A stretch of DNA of 64,000 nt from an uncultured archaeon (lineage in GTDB: Archaea > Asgardarchaeota > Lokiarchaeia > Sigyniarchaeales > SOKP01), in assembly GCA_964598265.1 (NCBI GenBank), contig CAZRBD010000001.1, forward strand, positions 1,590 through 65,589, given 5' to 3'. Positions 1-9,506 of the stretch are shown here, one piece after another. The notes beneath the pieces are model-generated. The model was not told the origin of the DNA. It ran no database searches and was given only the letters and a program-made list of their open reading frames with translations. A program made the position numbers and the translations under genes. Positions within the stretch are counted from its first letter, which is position 1; every line of letters begins with the position of its first letter.

Positions 1-50
1 TTTTTGTTTTTGATTCAAATATTTGTAAAATGTTCATAATCTGTTCTCAT

Positions 51-1193
51 TTATAGCATACCATAAAAAATGAAAGCTGAAATTATTGTTAAAGTATTAT
101 ACACACCATGAGTAATTACCACAGCAATCAAGTTCTCATTTCTCCATTGATATAAAAGGCCTAACACTAAAGAAATCGCAAAATAAGGAATAAACGAGAG
201 AATGAATGAAATAATAATATATATCGGTGAGGTCAAATCAACTAAAAATAATCCGATTAAATGAATAAGTGAGAAAATTAAGGCGGTAACGATTATGCCA
301 CCTCTATTCCCTAATCTGCGTACTAAACCTTTTTGCATAAATCCTCTAAAGAGAATTTCTTCTGAAGTGCCAACAACTAAAATCATTACAATTGAAAATA
401 GAACGATACTTAGAATATCTGCTGAGGAAATTATTAGATCTACATCGTTGTTAGTACCACTAGCCTCTTGCACAATTTCTATGTTAAAAGTTGATTCTAA
501 TATAAGTTCAGTAAATAATGACACAAAAAATACTAAGAATAATCCAATTATTCCAAATAATATGCCAATTAAAACTTCTTTAGCAATCTCTGGTTTTTCA
601 AATCCTCTTGATGTGAAACCTAATAGAGCAAACCTATTTCCTAGGGTCGGATTCTGAAGATATTTCCCCACATAAATAGTTGGTAAAATTATAAAGATTA
701 ATTCAAATAGAGATAAGATAATTATAAAATAAGGGTTTGAAATGAGATCAAATAAAATTTCTAAATCAAAGGATACAAATGTGATTAAGAAAATAAAAGC
801 TGCAGTAAGAAAATTAATTAGAAGAAATGCACCTAAAGGTAGCCCAATAGAATTAGATGTACTCCAGAGCTTTTTTTGCTTAGTCTTGAGAATATCTTCA
901 TCCGGAATTTTCTTAAGGCCATAAGAAATTAATGGTTCAGATTGTATTGGATACGGAAGTGGTTGGACATATGGATTCGGATTTAATCTCGGTTGAAATC
1001 TCTTATACTTTTTTAAATATTGAAGATTTATACCACATTTAATACAATATTTAAGATTGTTAACTTTTGGGATTTTGTTTGCACAAACCGGGCAAAATGA
1101 CCATTCTATCCCTATTCCCTTTTTTATTTCCTTTTGAATAGAAGATTTTGCGTTTTTCGCATTATCCTTATCTTCTTTATCGTCCATTTTCAA
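51..1193 (-). CDS. CPBP-family (CAAX-type) intramembrane glutamic endopeptidase with N-terminal zinc ribbon
   Basis: N-terminal 'CPVC..x..CIKCG' ribbon, multiple TM helices, and CPBP motifs 'SEEILFRGF', 'FSLIHL' and 'HGVYN'. Confidence 0.75.
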   Translation of the reverse strand: MKMDDKEDKDNAKNAKSSIQKEIKKGIGIEWSFCPVCANKIPKVNNLKYCIKCGINLQYLKKYKRFQPRLNPNPYVQPLPYPIQSEPLISYGLKKIPDEDILKTKQKKLWSTSNSIGLPLGAFLLINFLTAAFIFLITFVSFDLEILFDLISNPYFIIILSLFELIFIILPTIYVGKYLQNPTLGNRFALLGFTSRGFEKPEIAKEVLIGILFGIIGLFLVFFVSLFTELILESTFNIEIVQEASGTNNDVDLIISSADILSIVLFSIVMILVVGTSEEILFRGFMQKGLVRRLGNRGGIIVTALIFSLIHLIGLFLVDLTSPIYIIISFILSFIPYFAISLVLGLLYQWRNENLIAVVITHGVYNTLTIISAFIFYGML

Positions 1194-1265
1194 TTTAAAA
1201 AAATAAATAATACTACTAAAAATTTTACATTTTAAATTAAAGAGAAAGATAGTGATTGTATTAAA

Positions 1266-3176
1266 TTATATAGCATAATTTCTATTATATGTTAACATTC
1301 GGGTAATTTCAAGCCCATTATAATAATTATCTGTTTTAGTATTGGGAAGGTATTTATTTTTAACAATTTCTTCTACATCTAGTTGGAGTTTTATTGAAGG
1401 CATCCAAAAAGTCTTATTGCTATGTTGATAAGACAATATAGCCATGATTAGATAAGAACCATTATTTCGTGGAGTGATTTTTGTTTTTATCCTTCTTCGT
1501 TCTTTTGCTTTTAATTTCTTGATATTAGTAAATTTGAATTTTGAATGAAATGATTCAGGCATAAGAAAATGAATTTTTATGTCTTTAATATCTGTCAAAT
1601 TTGGATTTTCAATTACGAGATTAATAGTCTCAGGCTCGTTTGCTCTCAATCTTTTGTTTTGTGATTTGATATCGATAAAAAGAGGATAAGGTAAGCCCTT
1701 TTCATTTAAATTAAAACTCAAATTAATCAACTTTTGAAGGTTTGGTTCTAATTCAATACTAAACTGGTTCTTTTGCTCTTCTACTGTGAGTATCTTTTTA
1801 TTACGTAATTCTTCAAATTTCTTAAACAATAGATTGGTATATCTTAGGATATATCTATCAAACTCAGAATGTTTCCTAGATATTAGCGAAATTAGTTTTT
1901 TATAATAATCTGATTCGAAATTCCGAAGTAGAGGTTTCTTAAATAAATCATTAATAAATTTTTTTAAGATTTTATCTAAATCTATTAAATCTTTTTGTTC
2001 TATTTCAAACCTCTCAATTATTTTATCATTTAGAATATCAATTTGCACAGAATCACTTAATTTATTCAATACATCAACTGATTCTGTATTATATGCATTG
2101 AAAGCCTTTACAATCATCTCTTCTAACAAATTATTAAATTTTTCAACATTTCTATTTTTATAATTTATGAATTCAGTACGATACGACTCTAAATACTTTA
2201 TTAGTTTACCTGAATGCAGTTTTAAAAGATTTCTTTGGTAGTTTTGATATTTTTCAGATATATTCTTAATCCAATCTCTAACGATATTTAATTGATTTAA
2301 GTTTTCTTCAGTATTGAATATAATATTTTCTTCTAAAGAATTTGTCGTTGAAAATGGATTAACAATCTTTACTTTTTCCAGTAAAGCACTTGTATCACGC
2401 TCTAATTGATAAATATATTCAATTTGTGAATATAGATGATAAGTTAGAAAGTTTTTTTCATCCATTCTTTCTAATCTTGTTAATAAGTTTTCTAATTTTA
2501 CAGAAAAATATTTTGGATTTTTATTTAGAATTCCTCTTAATATTTTTGTAAACTCAGTTAGGATAATATAAAGCTCCTTCTTCTTATTTAATTTTGATTT
2601 GTTATTTTCAAAATTTGTGATGTTACAATAATCTACGATATTTTGATAATTCTTTTCAACTACCTTATAGTATTTGAAGCATTTTTCAATACTTTTTGAG
2701 TTTTTTGCTAAAAAGCTATAGTATAAGCCGAGTAAAGTTTTATTAATGACAAAAGAAAAATCTCGAAATTCTTTATATTTTGTTTTGATTTTATCATCAT
2801 TTAAGTAGGGTAGTAAAAACTTTTCAATAACCAGCTCTAAATTTCCAGCAGATCGAATCAAAGAGAATAGTTTTTTGGGATTGATTCTTAAGTCATCAAG
2901 TTTAGTGATAATTAAATGCCTATACTCATTAAAACTTGAATTTAATTTACTAAAAAATGTTCTAATTAAATATTTTCTTCTTTCAATTTCTTTATTTTTT
3001 AAATTAGTTTGAATTTTAATTGATGTAAGATTTAAAATTATTGTTAAAAAATGTTTTAATGAATATATTGACTCCATATATAAATTTTTAGCTCCACAAT
3101 AAGGGCATTGAGCTTTTGAGCCTTTTACAATAGGTAGACTATTACCACAATTTTTACAAGGTAAATGCATTATCAA
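1266..3176 (-). CDS. Hypothetical large protein: N-terminal zinc ribbon, long Lys/Glu-rich helical body, C-terminal beta-rich (CARDB-like?) module
   Basis: 'CKNCG..x..CPYCG' at the N-terminus. About 450 aa are helical or coiled-coil-like. The last ~120 aa alternate hydrophobic and polar residues as in an Ig-like/CARDB fold. No family recognised. Confidence 0.6.
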   Translation of the reverse strand: MIMHLPCKNCGNSLPIVKGSKAQCPYCGAKNLYMESIYSLKHFLTIILNLTSIKIQTNLKNKEIERRKYLIRTFFSKLNSSFNEYRHLIITKLDDLRINPKKLFSLIRSAGNLELVIEKFLLPYLNDDKIKTKYKEFRDFSFVINKTLLGLYYSFLAKNSKSIEKCFKYYKVVEKNYQNIVDYCNITNFENNKSKLNKKKELYIILTEFTKILRGILNKNPKYFSVKLENLLTRLERMDEKNFLTYHLYSQIEYIYQLERDTSALLEKVKIVNPFSTTNSLEENIIFNTEENLNQLNIVRDWIKNISEKYQNYQRNLLKLHSGKLIKYLESYRTEFINYKNRNVEKFNNLLEEMIVKAFNAYNTESVDVLNKLSDSVQIDILNDKIIERFEIEQKDLIDLDKILKKFINDLFKKPLLRNFESDYYKKLISLISRKHSEFDRYILRYTNLLFKKFEELRNKKILTVEEQKNQFSIELEPNLQKLINLSFNLNEKGLPYPLFIDIKSQNKRLRANEPETINLVIENPNLTDIKDIKIHFLMPESFHSKFKFTNIKKLKAKERRRIKTKITPRNNGSYLIMAILSYQHSNKTFWMPSIKLQLDVEEIVKNKYLPNTKTDNYYNGLEITRMLTYNRNYAI

Positions 3177-3355
3177 TATGATTCCAAATAATTAACTATC
3201 TTCATTCTTCAACTGTAATAAATTATTATTTAATTATTAATATTTTATCCTTTAGTTTTAAATAATCAAGATATTTTGATAGGTTGTTTGAGAAGTGCAT
3301 TTTTGATGGTTGATCAAAGATGAAAAAAATAAGATTTCCTATTTAAATTTTTATT

Positions 3356-5116
3356 TTAATGAGTAAAATAGCAAAAGAGTTTATTATCTTTAAGTTCAAT
3401 GGGATTTACAAAGCCGAGTCTTTCAAATTGAACAGTTTGATTCATAGGTATTCGAAGAAGAGAAAGTTCACCATTCCCATATGAGATTGAACCGTCAGGT
3501 TTTAAAATAGAAACCTTGATATTTTCTTTTTCGGGTACCCATTGGATAATCGGAAAATCTCTGTTTAATTCCTTTGAGTAGAATATTGCTTCGATTTTCT
3601 TTTTAGTTAAGTCTTTAAACTTGATTTTAATGTTAATTAAATCTTTTAACCTAATATTTTGATTTATTTTGAATTTATTTACATCTTTAATCGATATTAA
3701 TAAAGTGAGTTGAGAATTCTTTACAGTACATTTAATTTTTCTCTTACCTAATTCAGGATGAGATGGATGTAATAGAGGTTCAGCAATATATTCCTGAACT
3801 GGAATCTCCATTATTGTTAGAGTTATCGGATCTTCAACAACAAAATATCTATTTGATATACTATCTATTATGTCTCTATTTTTTGCATACAACCAATTAA
3901 CGGAGTATGTTATTCCTGATTGAGACATTCCAAGATCTAATAATGAATCTCTTAACGCTTCAGGTCTAATTCCACGTTTTCGGAGAGATTGTAAACTCCA
4001 TGTTCTGGGATCATCCCATCCTTCATATCTTCCACTTTGAATATTATTTCTTGCTTCTGTTTTACTTAATTTCATATCAGCAAAGTTGAGTCTCCCATAA
4101 TAAAGTAATTCAGCTTTTTTCCAACCAAAGTGATCCCATATAAATTCTTCGATTAAACCTTCCTTAACTAAATCAATACCCCTTATTATGTGTGTAACAT
4201 TTATTATATGGTCATCAATTGCCCAAGAATATTCCAACATTGGCCATACAACATATTTATTACCCACTCTTGGATGTTCCGCTTCAGATATCCTCATAAT
4301 AATTTGATCTCTTAAAGCGGGATCTTTCTGATCCATCCCTGTTTTTAATCTTACTACCACCTCACCTTCATTATATTTTCTATTAAGCATAGCTTTCCAT
4401 TCTTCTAAGTTCTTTTCAAGTGAATGATTCCTATGAGGACAAACTCTCTTTTTTTTTTTGTAATTTTCCCTAAATGTAGATGCAGAACAGAAACAGACGT
4501 AAGCGATGTGATCTTTAATTAATTTTTCACAATACTCATAAAAAATTTCCAAACGATCGCTTTTGTAATAAATTTTGCTAATTTTTACTCCTAACCACTC
4601 TAAGCCTTCCTTTATTAAATTATAAGCCTCTGGTAACACATACTTAGCTTTAGGACTATTTCTTAAAGATTTTGGGCTCCCAATTGTATCATCAAAGAAT
4701 AGTATGAGTTCACCTTTATATTTTTTTATATATTCATCATTCAATACAACCATCCTAGCATTTCCGATATGTAATGCTCCACTAGGATACGGTGCTAAAC
4801 GCATTATAATTTTATCACGAGGAGAAACGTTGGGTAATTCGGGTAATTCTTTTATTCCTTCAATTCGTTCTTCTTTTTTTAAAGCTAGCGGATCTATAGA
4901 TAATAATTTGTCTTTCTGCTTCTCAAGATTTAATTTGAGTATTTCCACAATAATTTGATCTAAAAGTGGAATTATGGTTTTAGCTCGTGATCTTAAGTCT
5001 GGTCTTGAAGCCATTAGTTTACCCATTAAAGCTTTTTTATTTGGTTTCCCATCAAATTTTAAAGCATTTTTAAGCCCAGCTAGCCAAAGAATTTGGCTAA
5101 TTTCGTCATCTTCCAT
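3356..5116 (-). CDS. gltX: Glutamyl-tRNA synthetase (archaeal/eukaryal GlxRS type)
   Basis: Class I signatures 'PSGALHIGNAR' (HIGH-like) and 'MKLSKT' (KMSKS-like); length 586 aa is typical. Confidence 0.85.
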   Translation of the reverse strand: MEDDEISQILWLAGLKNALKFDGKPNKKALMGKLMASRPDLRSRAKTIIPLLDQIIVEILKLNLEKQKDKLLSIDPLALKKEERIEGIKELPELPNVSPRDKIIMRLAPYPSGALHIGNARMVVLNDEYIKKYKGELILFFDDTIGSPKSLRNSPKAKYVLPEAYNLIKEGLEWLGVKISKIYYKSDRLEIFYEYCEKLIKDHIAYVCFCSASTFRENYKKKKRVCPHRNHSLEKNLEEWKAMLNRKYNEGEVVVRLKTGMDQKDPALRDQIIMRISEAEHPRVGNKYVVWPMLEYSWAIDDHIINVTHIIRGIDLVKEGLIEEFIWDHFGWKKAELLYYGRLNFADMKLSKTEARNNIQSGRYEGWDDPRTWSLQSLRKRGIRPEALRDSLLDLGMSQSGITYSVNWLYAKNRDIIDSISNRYFVVEDPITLTIMEIPVQEYIAEPLLHPSHPELGKRKIKCTVKNSQLTLLISIKDVNKFKINQNIRLKDLINIKIKFKDLTKKKIEAIFYSKELNRDFPIIQWVPEKENIKVSILKPDGSISYGNGELSLLRIPMNQTVQFERLGFVNPIELKDNKLFCYFTH

Positions 5117-5161
5117 TTAAATTACTCAATTTTTAATTTTTAATGTAACATCATTTCAAAT

Positions 5162-6439
5162 TTAATTTTCTAACTCTTTTATTTTGATTTTAAGATTTTC
5201 AATACCATTCAGTAAACTATTCTTAACTATAAATGATGGTTCCTCTTTAGCTTTTTGGGTTAAGATCGTAGATTTTAAAGAATAAGTTTCTAATAAAACC
5301 TCCTTATTTTTTAAATCACATCCTTCTATCACAATATCAAGAATGTGTAATGCCAGTTGTAGTTCATTCTGTGAATATAAGTTCTTTGCATGTTCAAAAT
5401 ACTTTACTTCACTATTAATTTTCAGGAATTCCTTGGCTATATCTTCTGTTTTCGCGGGAAAAAGATTAGTAGGATTCCCCGAATCATACCATCCGTGATA
5501 AAGCCGATATACAGCGTGTATCGCGAACCTATAGCATCCATAAGATGGTTTTAAAAACTTGTTATTTTTAAATTTTTCAGGGTAGATATCAAGCATTTCA
5601 TGGTAGATTTGTTCAAACCACTTCCCTTCATTCATTCTCTTTACAACCTCATCATGAACGAAATGCATGGCTTCAGCTCTGATTGATAACACATCTTTAA
5701 CATCTTTTTTGCCTACTACTAGTTTCCCATGCCCCGGAAGTATATATTCAGCTTTTTTTTCTAACATCTTCTCCATAGCTATAGCCCATTGTTTTGGGTA
5801 ACGTTGAACCTTGTTAGGATTCCCAACATTTGGAAAAGAGGGATTCATTACTAAATCTCCTGTAAATAATACATTCTTCTCTTTAAAGTACATCCACAAG
5901 CTATCGTCTGTCTCTCCTATATCGTGATATATTTCAAAAGTATAACCGCCAAACTTTAGTAAGTACTTTTCATTACCGTGAAGGACAATAGAAGGATTAA
6001 GTGTTTCTTGAGCAGAAACAGGAGGAAATTTTTTAGTCCTGATAGATCTAAACTGGTTTTTGTTCAGCCAAGCATGATAATTTTCTAACATCCTATACTT
6101 CTCAAATCTCTTTAATACATTCTCATGAGCAATTACTTTGGGTATATCCCATCCTTTTGCCTTAACTTCTTCAAGAAGGGAAAAGAATCCAAAACAGTGA
6201 TCAAAGTGACCATGGGAATATACAATATATTTTATCGGTTTGTCTGAAAACTCTCGAATGGCTTTGTGTATACGGCGATGATATTGTTTAATTGCTAAAT
6301 CAAAAATCAATAACCCATCGGTAGTTTCTACTACACCTACATTAGCAAATCCACTGATATGATAACAAGTTCCATCAGCAAACGTTTTAGATGGAAAATT
6401 TCCTACAAAATCGCTCATATCTTCTTTTGTTGTTCTCAT
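5162..6439 (-). CDS. MBL-fold metallohydrolase, alkyl/aryl-sulfatase-like (MBL plus dimerisation domain, no C-terminal SCP2 domain)
   Basis: 'YSHGHFDH' metal motif and 'LYHGWYDSGNPTNLFP', which is typical of the alkyl-sulfatase dimerisation domain. Confidence 0.7.
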   Translation of the reverse strand: MRTTKEDMSDFVGNFPSKTFADGTCYHISGFANVGVVETTDGLLIFDLAIKQYHRRIHKAIREFSDKPIKYIVYSHGHFDHCFGFFSLLEEVKAKGWDIPKVIAHENVLKRFEKYRMLENYHAWLNKNQFRSIRTKKFPPVSAQETLNPSIVLHGNEKYLLKFGGYTFEIYHDIGETDDSLWMYFKEKNVLFTGDLVMNPSFPNVGNPNKVQRYPKQWAIAMEKMLEKKAEYILPGHGKLVVGKKDVKDVLSIRAEAMHFVHDEVVKRMNEGKWFEQIYHEMLDIYPEKFKNNKFLKPSYGCYRFAIHAVYRLYHGWYDSGNPTNLFPAKTEDIAKEFLKINSEVKYFEHAKNLYSQNELQLALHILDIVIEGCDLKNKEVLLETYSLKSTILTQKAKEEPSFIVKNSLLNGIENLKIKIKELEN

Positions 6440-6719
6440 TAATACATTATCTCACATATATTAATTATAATTTATAATCTAATCCTCAAATAAAAAAGAT
6501 TATTGTTACTAGACATTTCTTTTTTCCTAAAATCTAAGTTATTTTGGAGATGATATTTAGCATGAAATTTCGGAATTTTTAATATTAAAAGTGATTTAAT
6601 TCATTATATTATACAAATTGTAGATTTACATATCTTTCAATCTCAGAACAAATATAATTAATAGATAATAAATAGAGAATATAACAAATTATTAAGAAAT
6701 AAATTCGACAATTTATTAA

Positions 6720-6824
6720 GGCCTGGTAGTCCAGTCTGGATAGGGCGCTGGCTTGCGAAGCCAGACATCGAGGGTTCAAACCTCTTAACATGTAGGAAAG
6801 AGGGAATACATCCCTTCCAGGCCA
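6720..6824 (+). tRNA. tRNA-Arg (anticodon GCG) with a ~30-nt non-canonical intron in the T-arm
   Basis: Acceptor GGCCTGG (6720-6726) pairs perfectly with CCAGGCC (6817-6823), with discriminator A at 6824. D-stem is GTCC/GGGC. Anticodon stem is CTGGC/GCCAG with loop TTGCGAA. T-stem 5' GAGGG and TTCAAA follow, then ~30 nt intervene before CCCTT. This is the only GC-rich island in an AT-rich spacer. Confidence 0.8.
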
Positions 6825-6850
6825 CTTAGTTCTAAATAAAAATAAGATGT

Positions 6851-7621
6851 TTAAACAACGTAGTCTAAAATCTCTGATATATTGTTTATTTTGTGATAAT
6901 CGGTATTTTCAATTTCTTTTTCAAACGGAAATTTATATTTTCTCTCAAAAAGGATTGGCTGTATCTTAGTGCGCTGAGCACCTGAAATATCTGCATATTC
7001 ATCTCCGCACATGATTACAGATCTTGGGTCATTTCTTAACCCAAATTTATCAAGAACAAAATAAAATATGTCTGGATCTGGTTTTCTCTTTCCGAATTTA
7101 GCAGAAGTTAGTATAACATCAAAAAACTTGCTGAAATCATATTTATTAATAATATTTTTAATAGTTTTATGATTTGGGTGATTTGATAATAGTGCTACTT
7201 TGACATCTTTTAATGCTAATTTCTCTAACATTTCTTTAGTTTGGGCAAAGGGTATCCATCTATCCTCTTCACATGAATGATAAATATTAGCTAGGCTTCC
7301 ATATGTTGTGTCTATTAAGTTATCTAGGTTATTTATTACACCTTCTACCTTTAATGTTTCTAAAACATTTTAAAAGATTATTGAGGTTGGGAACTCCACT
7401 TTTGTTTTGATGCTTTTTCTGAAAAGATATTGCCTTTTTTTACTAAATTTTTGAAGAAAAGCTTCAATCGTTAATTTATCACTCCAAATTTGTTTTTCTT
7501 TTAAGAAATCAATAGATTTCATTAAACCTTGTTTAAAGCATTCATAATATCTCTCAACAGAAGGATCGTCAAAATAAAACAATGTGAACCCAAAATCAAA
7601 AATTACACCTTTTATCATCAA
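6851..7621 (-). pseudogene. HAD-superfamily hydrolase interrupted by a single in-frame TAA (7370-7372)
   Basis: ORFs 7370..7621 and 6851..7231 share one frame. The 46 codons between them are open and read '..NVLETLKVEGVINNLDNLIDTTYGSLANIYHSCEEDRWIPFAQTKE-MLEKLALKDVKVALLSN..'. HAD motifs present are 'IFDFGFT', 'LLSN' and 'K..KPDP..GDEYADISGA'. Confidence 0.7.
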
Positions 7622-7746
7622 TATATTAATTATAAAACTCAGATTTTTAAATTGTTTTAGTTAGAAATAAAAGTAGAAGAACAATGTTAAATCATTAATA
7701 ATTAACAATATTTTTGAGATAATCATTTATGCTTACGTGAGGTATA

Positions 7747-8274
7747 ATGTCGATTGATAAATGGATTCCTAAAAAAGGATCAAAGGAAAATAGAAGAATA
7801 GAAGAAGCCTTTAATAAACTCTCTACTGAAGAAGTTCAGGAATTAAAGAAAAAGAAGGTTAGAGCTTTGGTTAAAAAGAAAGTGTCCGTTAAAATTGAAA
7901 ATTCAGAATTGGATGAATTTTTACAAGAAATTGTTGAATTTAATGCCTGGATAAACCGGAGAACTTATTTAAAAGGAGATTTAGATAAAATAGAAATGTG
8001 GGTAAGAAATTTGTATTCTAAAATCATATCGGAACCCGCTCAAGAATCCATTCAATCTGACTATAGCGAAAAACGAAAAATTATTGATGAATATAAAAGA
8101 ATACCTCTACAGTTGTTAGATGAGAAAATTCGTATAGCTATAAACAAAAAAATTCATGGAGGGAAGAAAACTAGCTCCGATAACTACTATTTAAGAAAAT
8201 TAAAAACAATTATTCGAGATAAACTAACAGAAGCAAAATATTATGAAATTTTGGATAAGATCCTCAAATTATAA
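7747..8274 (+). CDS. Hypothetical Lys/Glu-rich protein
   Basis: Clean 175-aa ORF; no recognisable motif. Confidence 0.5.
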   Translation: MSIDKWIPKKGSKENRRIEEAFNKLSTEEVQELKKKKVRALVKKKVSVKIENSELDEFLQEIVEFNAWINRRTYLKGDLDKIEMWVRNLYSKIISEPAQESIQSDYSEKRKIIDEYKRIPLQLLDEKIRIAINKKIHGGKKTSSDNYYLRKLKTIIRDKLTEAKYYEILDKILKL

Positions 8275-8366
8275 ATTAAAAATAGTAATAGTATGAAAGC
8301 TTAGAGAAACCACAATATACTTTTTATTTTATCCAAATTTATATGATTTTATAATACAGAAAACCC

Positions 8367-9467
8367 TTGAAAAATATTATGATTCTAATTTGCCCTATAG
8401 CAGGTGTCGGCAAGAGATTACAGCCCTTTACATATTCTAAGCCAAAAGCATTTTTAAAAATTGCTGGGAAACGACTGATTGATCACATAATAACTAAATT
8501 GAAAAGTTCTTTTCCAAAGGGTACTACTATATGTTTTATAGTTGGATATAAAAAAAGACAGATAACTGAATACCTTAAGGAAAATCATTCTGATTTTTTT
8601 AAACTTGAATTTGTGGAACAATTACCGATGGGTTATTCAGCAGACACCCCATATTTCTCAGGATTAGGAGATGCAATTTTATTAGCAAAAGATTTTGCTC
8701 AAAATGATGATTGTTTTATATTTCTAAGCGATAGACTCCCAATGGAAGGGTATTCACAGATCTTGTTGAACTTCCATCAAAATATCTGTGATGGTATAAT
8801 TAATGTCAAACAGGTTGATAATCCGAAATTTTATGGAGTCATTGAATTGGATGTTAACAATTTTATTAGTAGCATTGACGAAAAACCAGAAAATCCCAAA
8901 TCAAATTATGCTGTCTCAGGTGCATATCTCCTTGGAATGAATATGTCTTCCCGGTTATTTGAATTATTAGAAATTCAAAGTAAAATTCCACTAGAAAACG
9001 GACAGGAGCATACATTAACTCGTATAATACAGCAAATTTTAGAAGAAGGATTTAAACTAAAAATTAATGAAATGAAAAGAGAAATCCTTGATTTTGGAAG
9101 ACCTGAGAGTTTATTAGCTGGAAATCGACTTCTTTTAGCTGAGATTAAGATTAGTGATCCGTTCTATGAAACCAGGCAACAATCTGGAAGCTTATTAGAC
9201 TCAAAAATAGTGCCACCTGTATTTATTGGTAAAAATGTGAAAATTACAGATTCGGTCATTGGTCCAAATGTTTCAATTGGGGATAATGCTGTATTAAAAA
9301 AATGTATATTATCTGAATCTGTCATAGGTGATGGAGTAAATTTAAAAAAAATTATATCTTCTTCTTCTATTATAGGAGACTATTGTATTTTAGAAAGTCT
9401 CATCAAAAAAAGTATAACTATTGGAGATTCCTCGTTCATTACAACTACTAAATCGAATTCATTTTGA
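8367..9467 (+). CDS. Sugar-1-phosphate nucleotidylyltransferase with C-terminal left-handed beta-helix (GlmU/RmlA-like architecture)
   Basis: 'CPIAGVGKRLQPFTYSKPKAFL' NTP-transferase signature. The C-terminus has hexapeptide repeats ('IGPNVSIGDNAVL..VIGDGVNL..IIGDYCIL'). The true start is probably ATG 8379. Confidence 0.8.
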   Translation: MKNIMILICPIAGVGKRLQPFTYSKPKAFLKIAGKRLIDHIITKLKSSFPKGTTICFIVGYKKRQITEYLKENHSDFFKLEFVEQLPMGYSADTPYFSGLGDAILLAKDFAQNDDCFIFLSDRLPMEGYSQILLNFHQNICDGIINVKQVDNPKFYGVIELDVNNFISSIDEKPENPKSNYAVSGAYLLGMNMSSRLFELLEIQSKIPLENGQEHTLTRIIQQILEEGFKLKINEMKREILDFGRPESLLAGNRLLLAEIKISDPFYETRQQSGSLLDSKIVPPVFIGKNVKITDSVIGPNVSIGDNAVLKKCILSESVIGDGVNLKKIISSSSIIGDYCILESLIKKSITIGDSSFITTTKSNSF

Positions 9468-9506
9468 TTATTTATTAAAGAAGAAAAAAAATTAGGTTTT
9501 AAGGAT

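Noticed and set aside
295-924. Plus-strand ORFs 295..657 and 742..924. Similar short ORFs occur inside longer genes, for example 4704..4958, 12398..12604, 13807..13992, 17250..17510, 20159..20560, 26060..26387, 39188..39418, 50352..50687, 54701..55006 and 58192..59167.
   Set aside because: All are antisense or out-of-frame shadows of longer genes with clear family signatures. Their sequences are low-complexity Ser/Phe/Ile-rich, as expected from AT-rich antisense strands.
6609-6791. 60-aa minus-strand ORF from the track.
   Set aside because: It overlaps the tRNA-Arg gene, and its 'protein' is the reverse complement of tRNA stems. It is an artefact.
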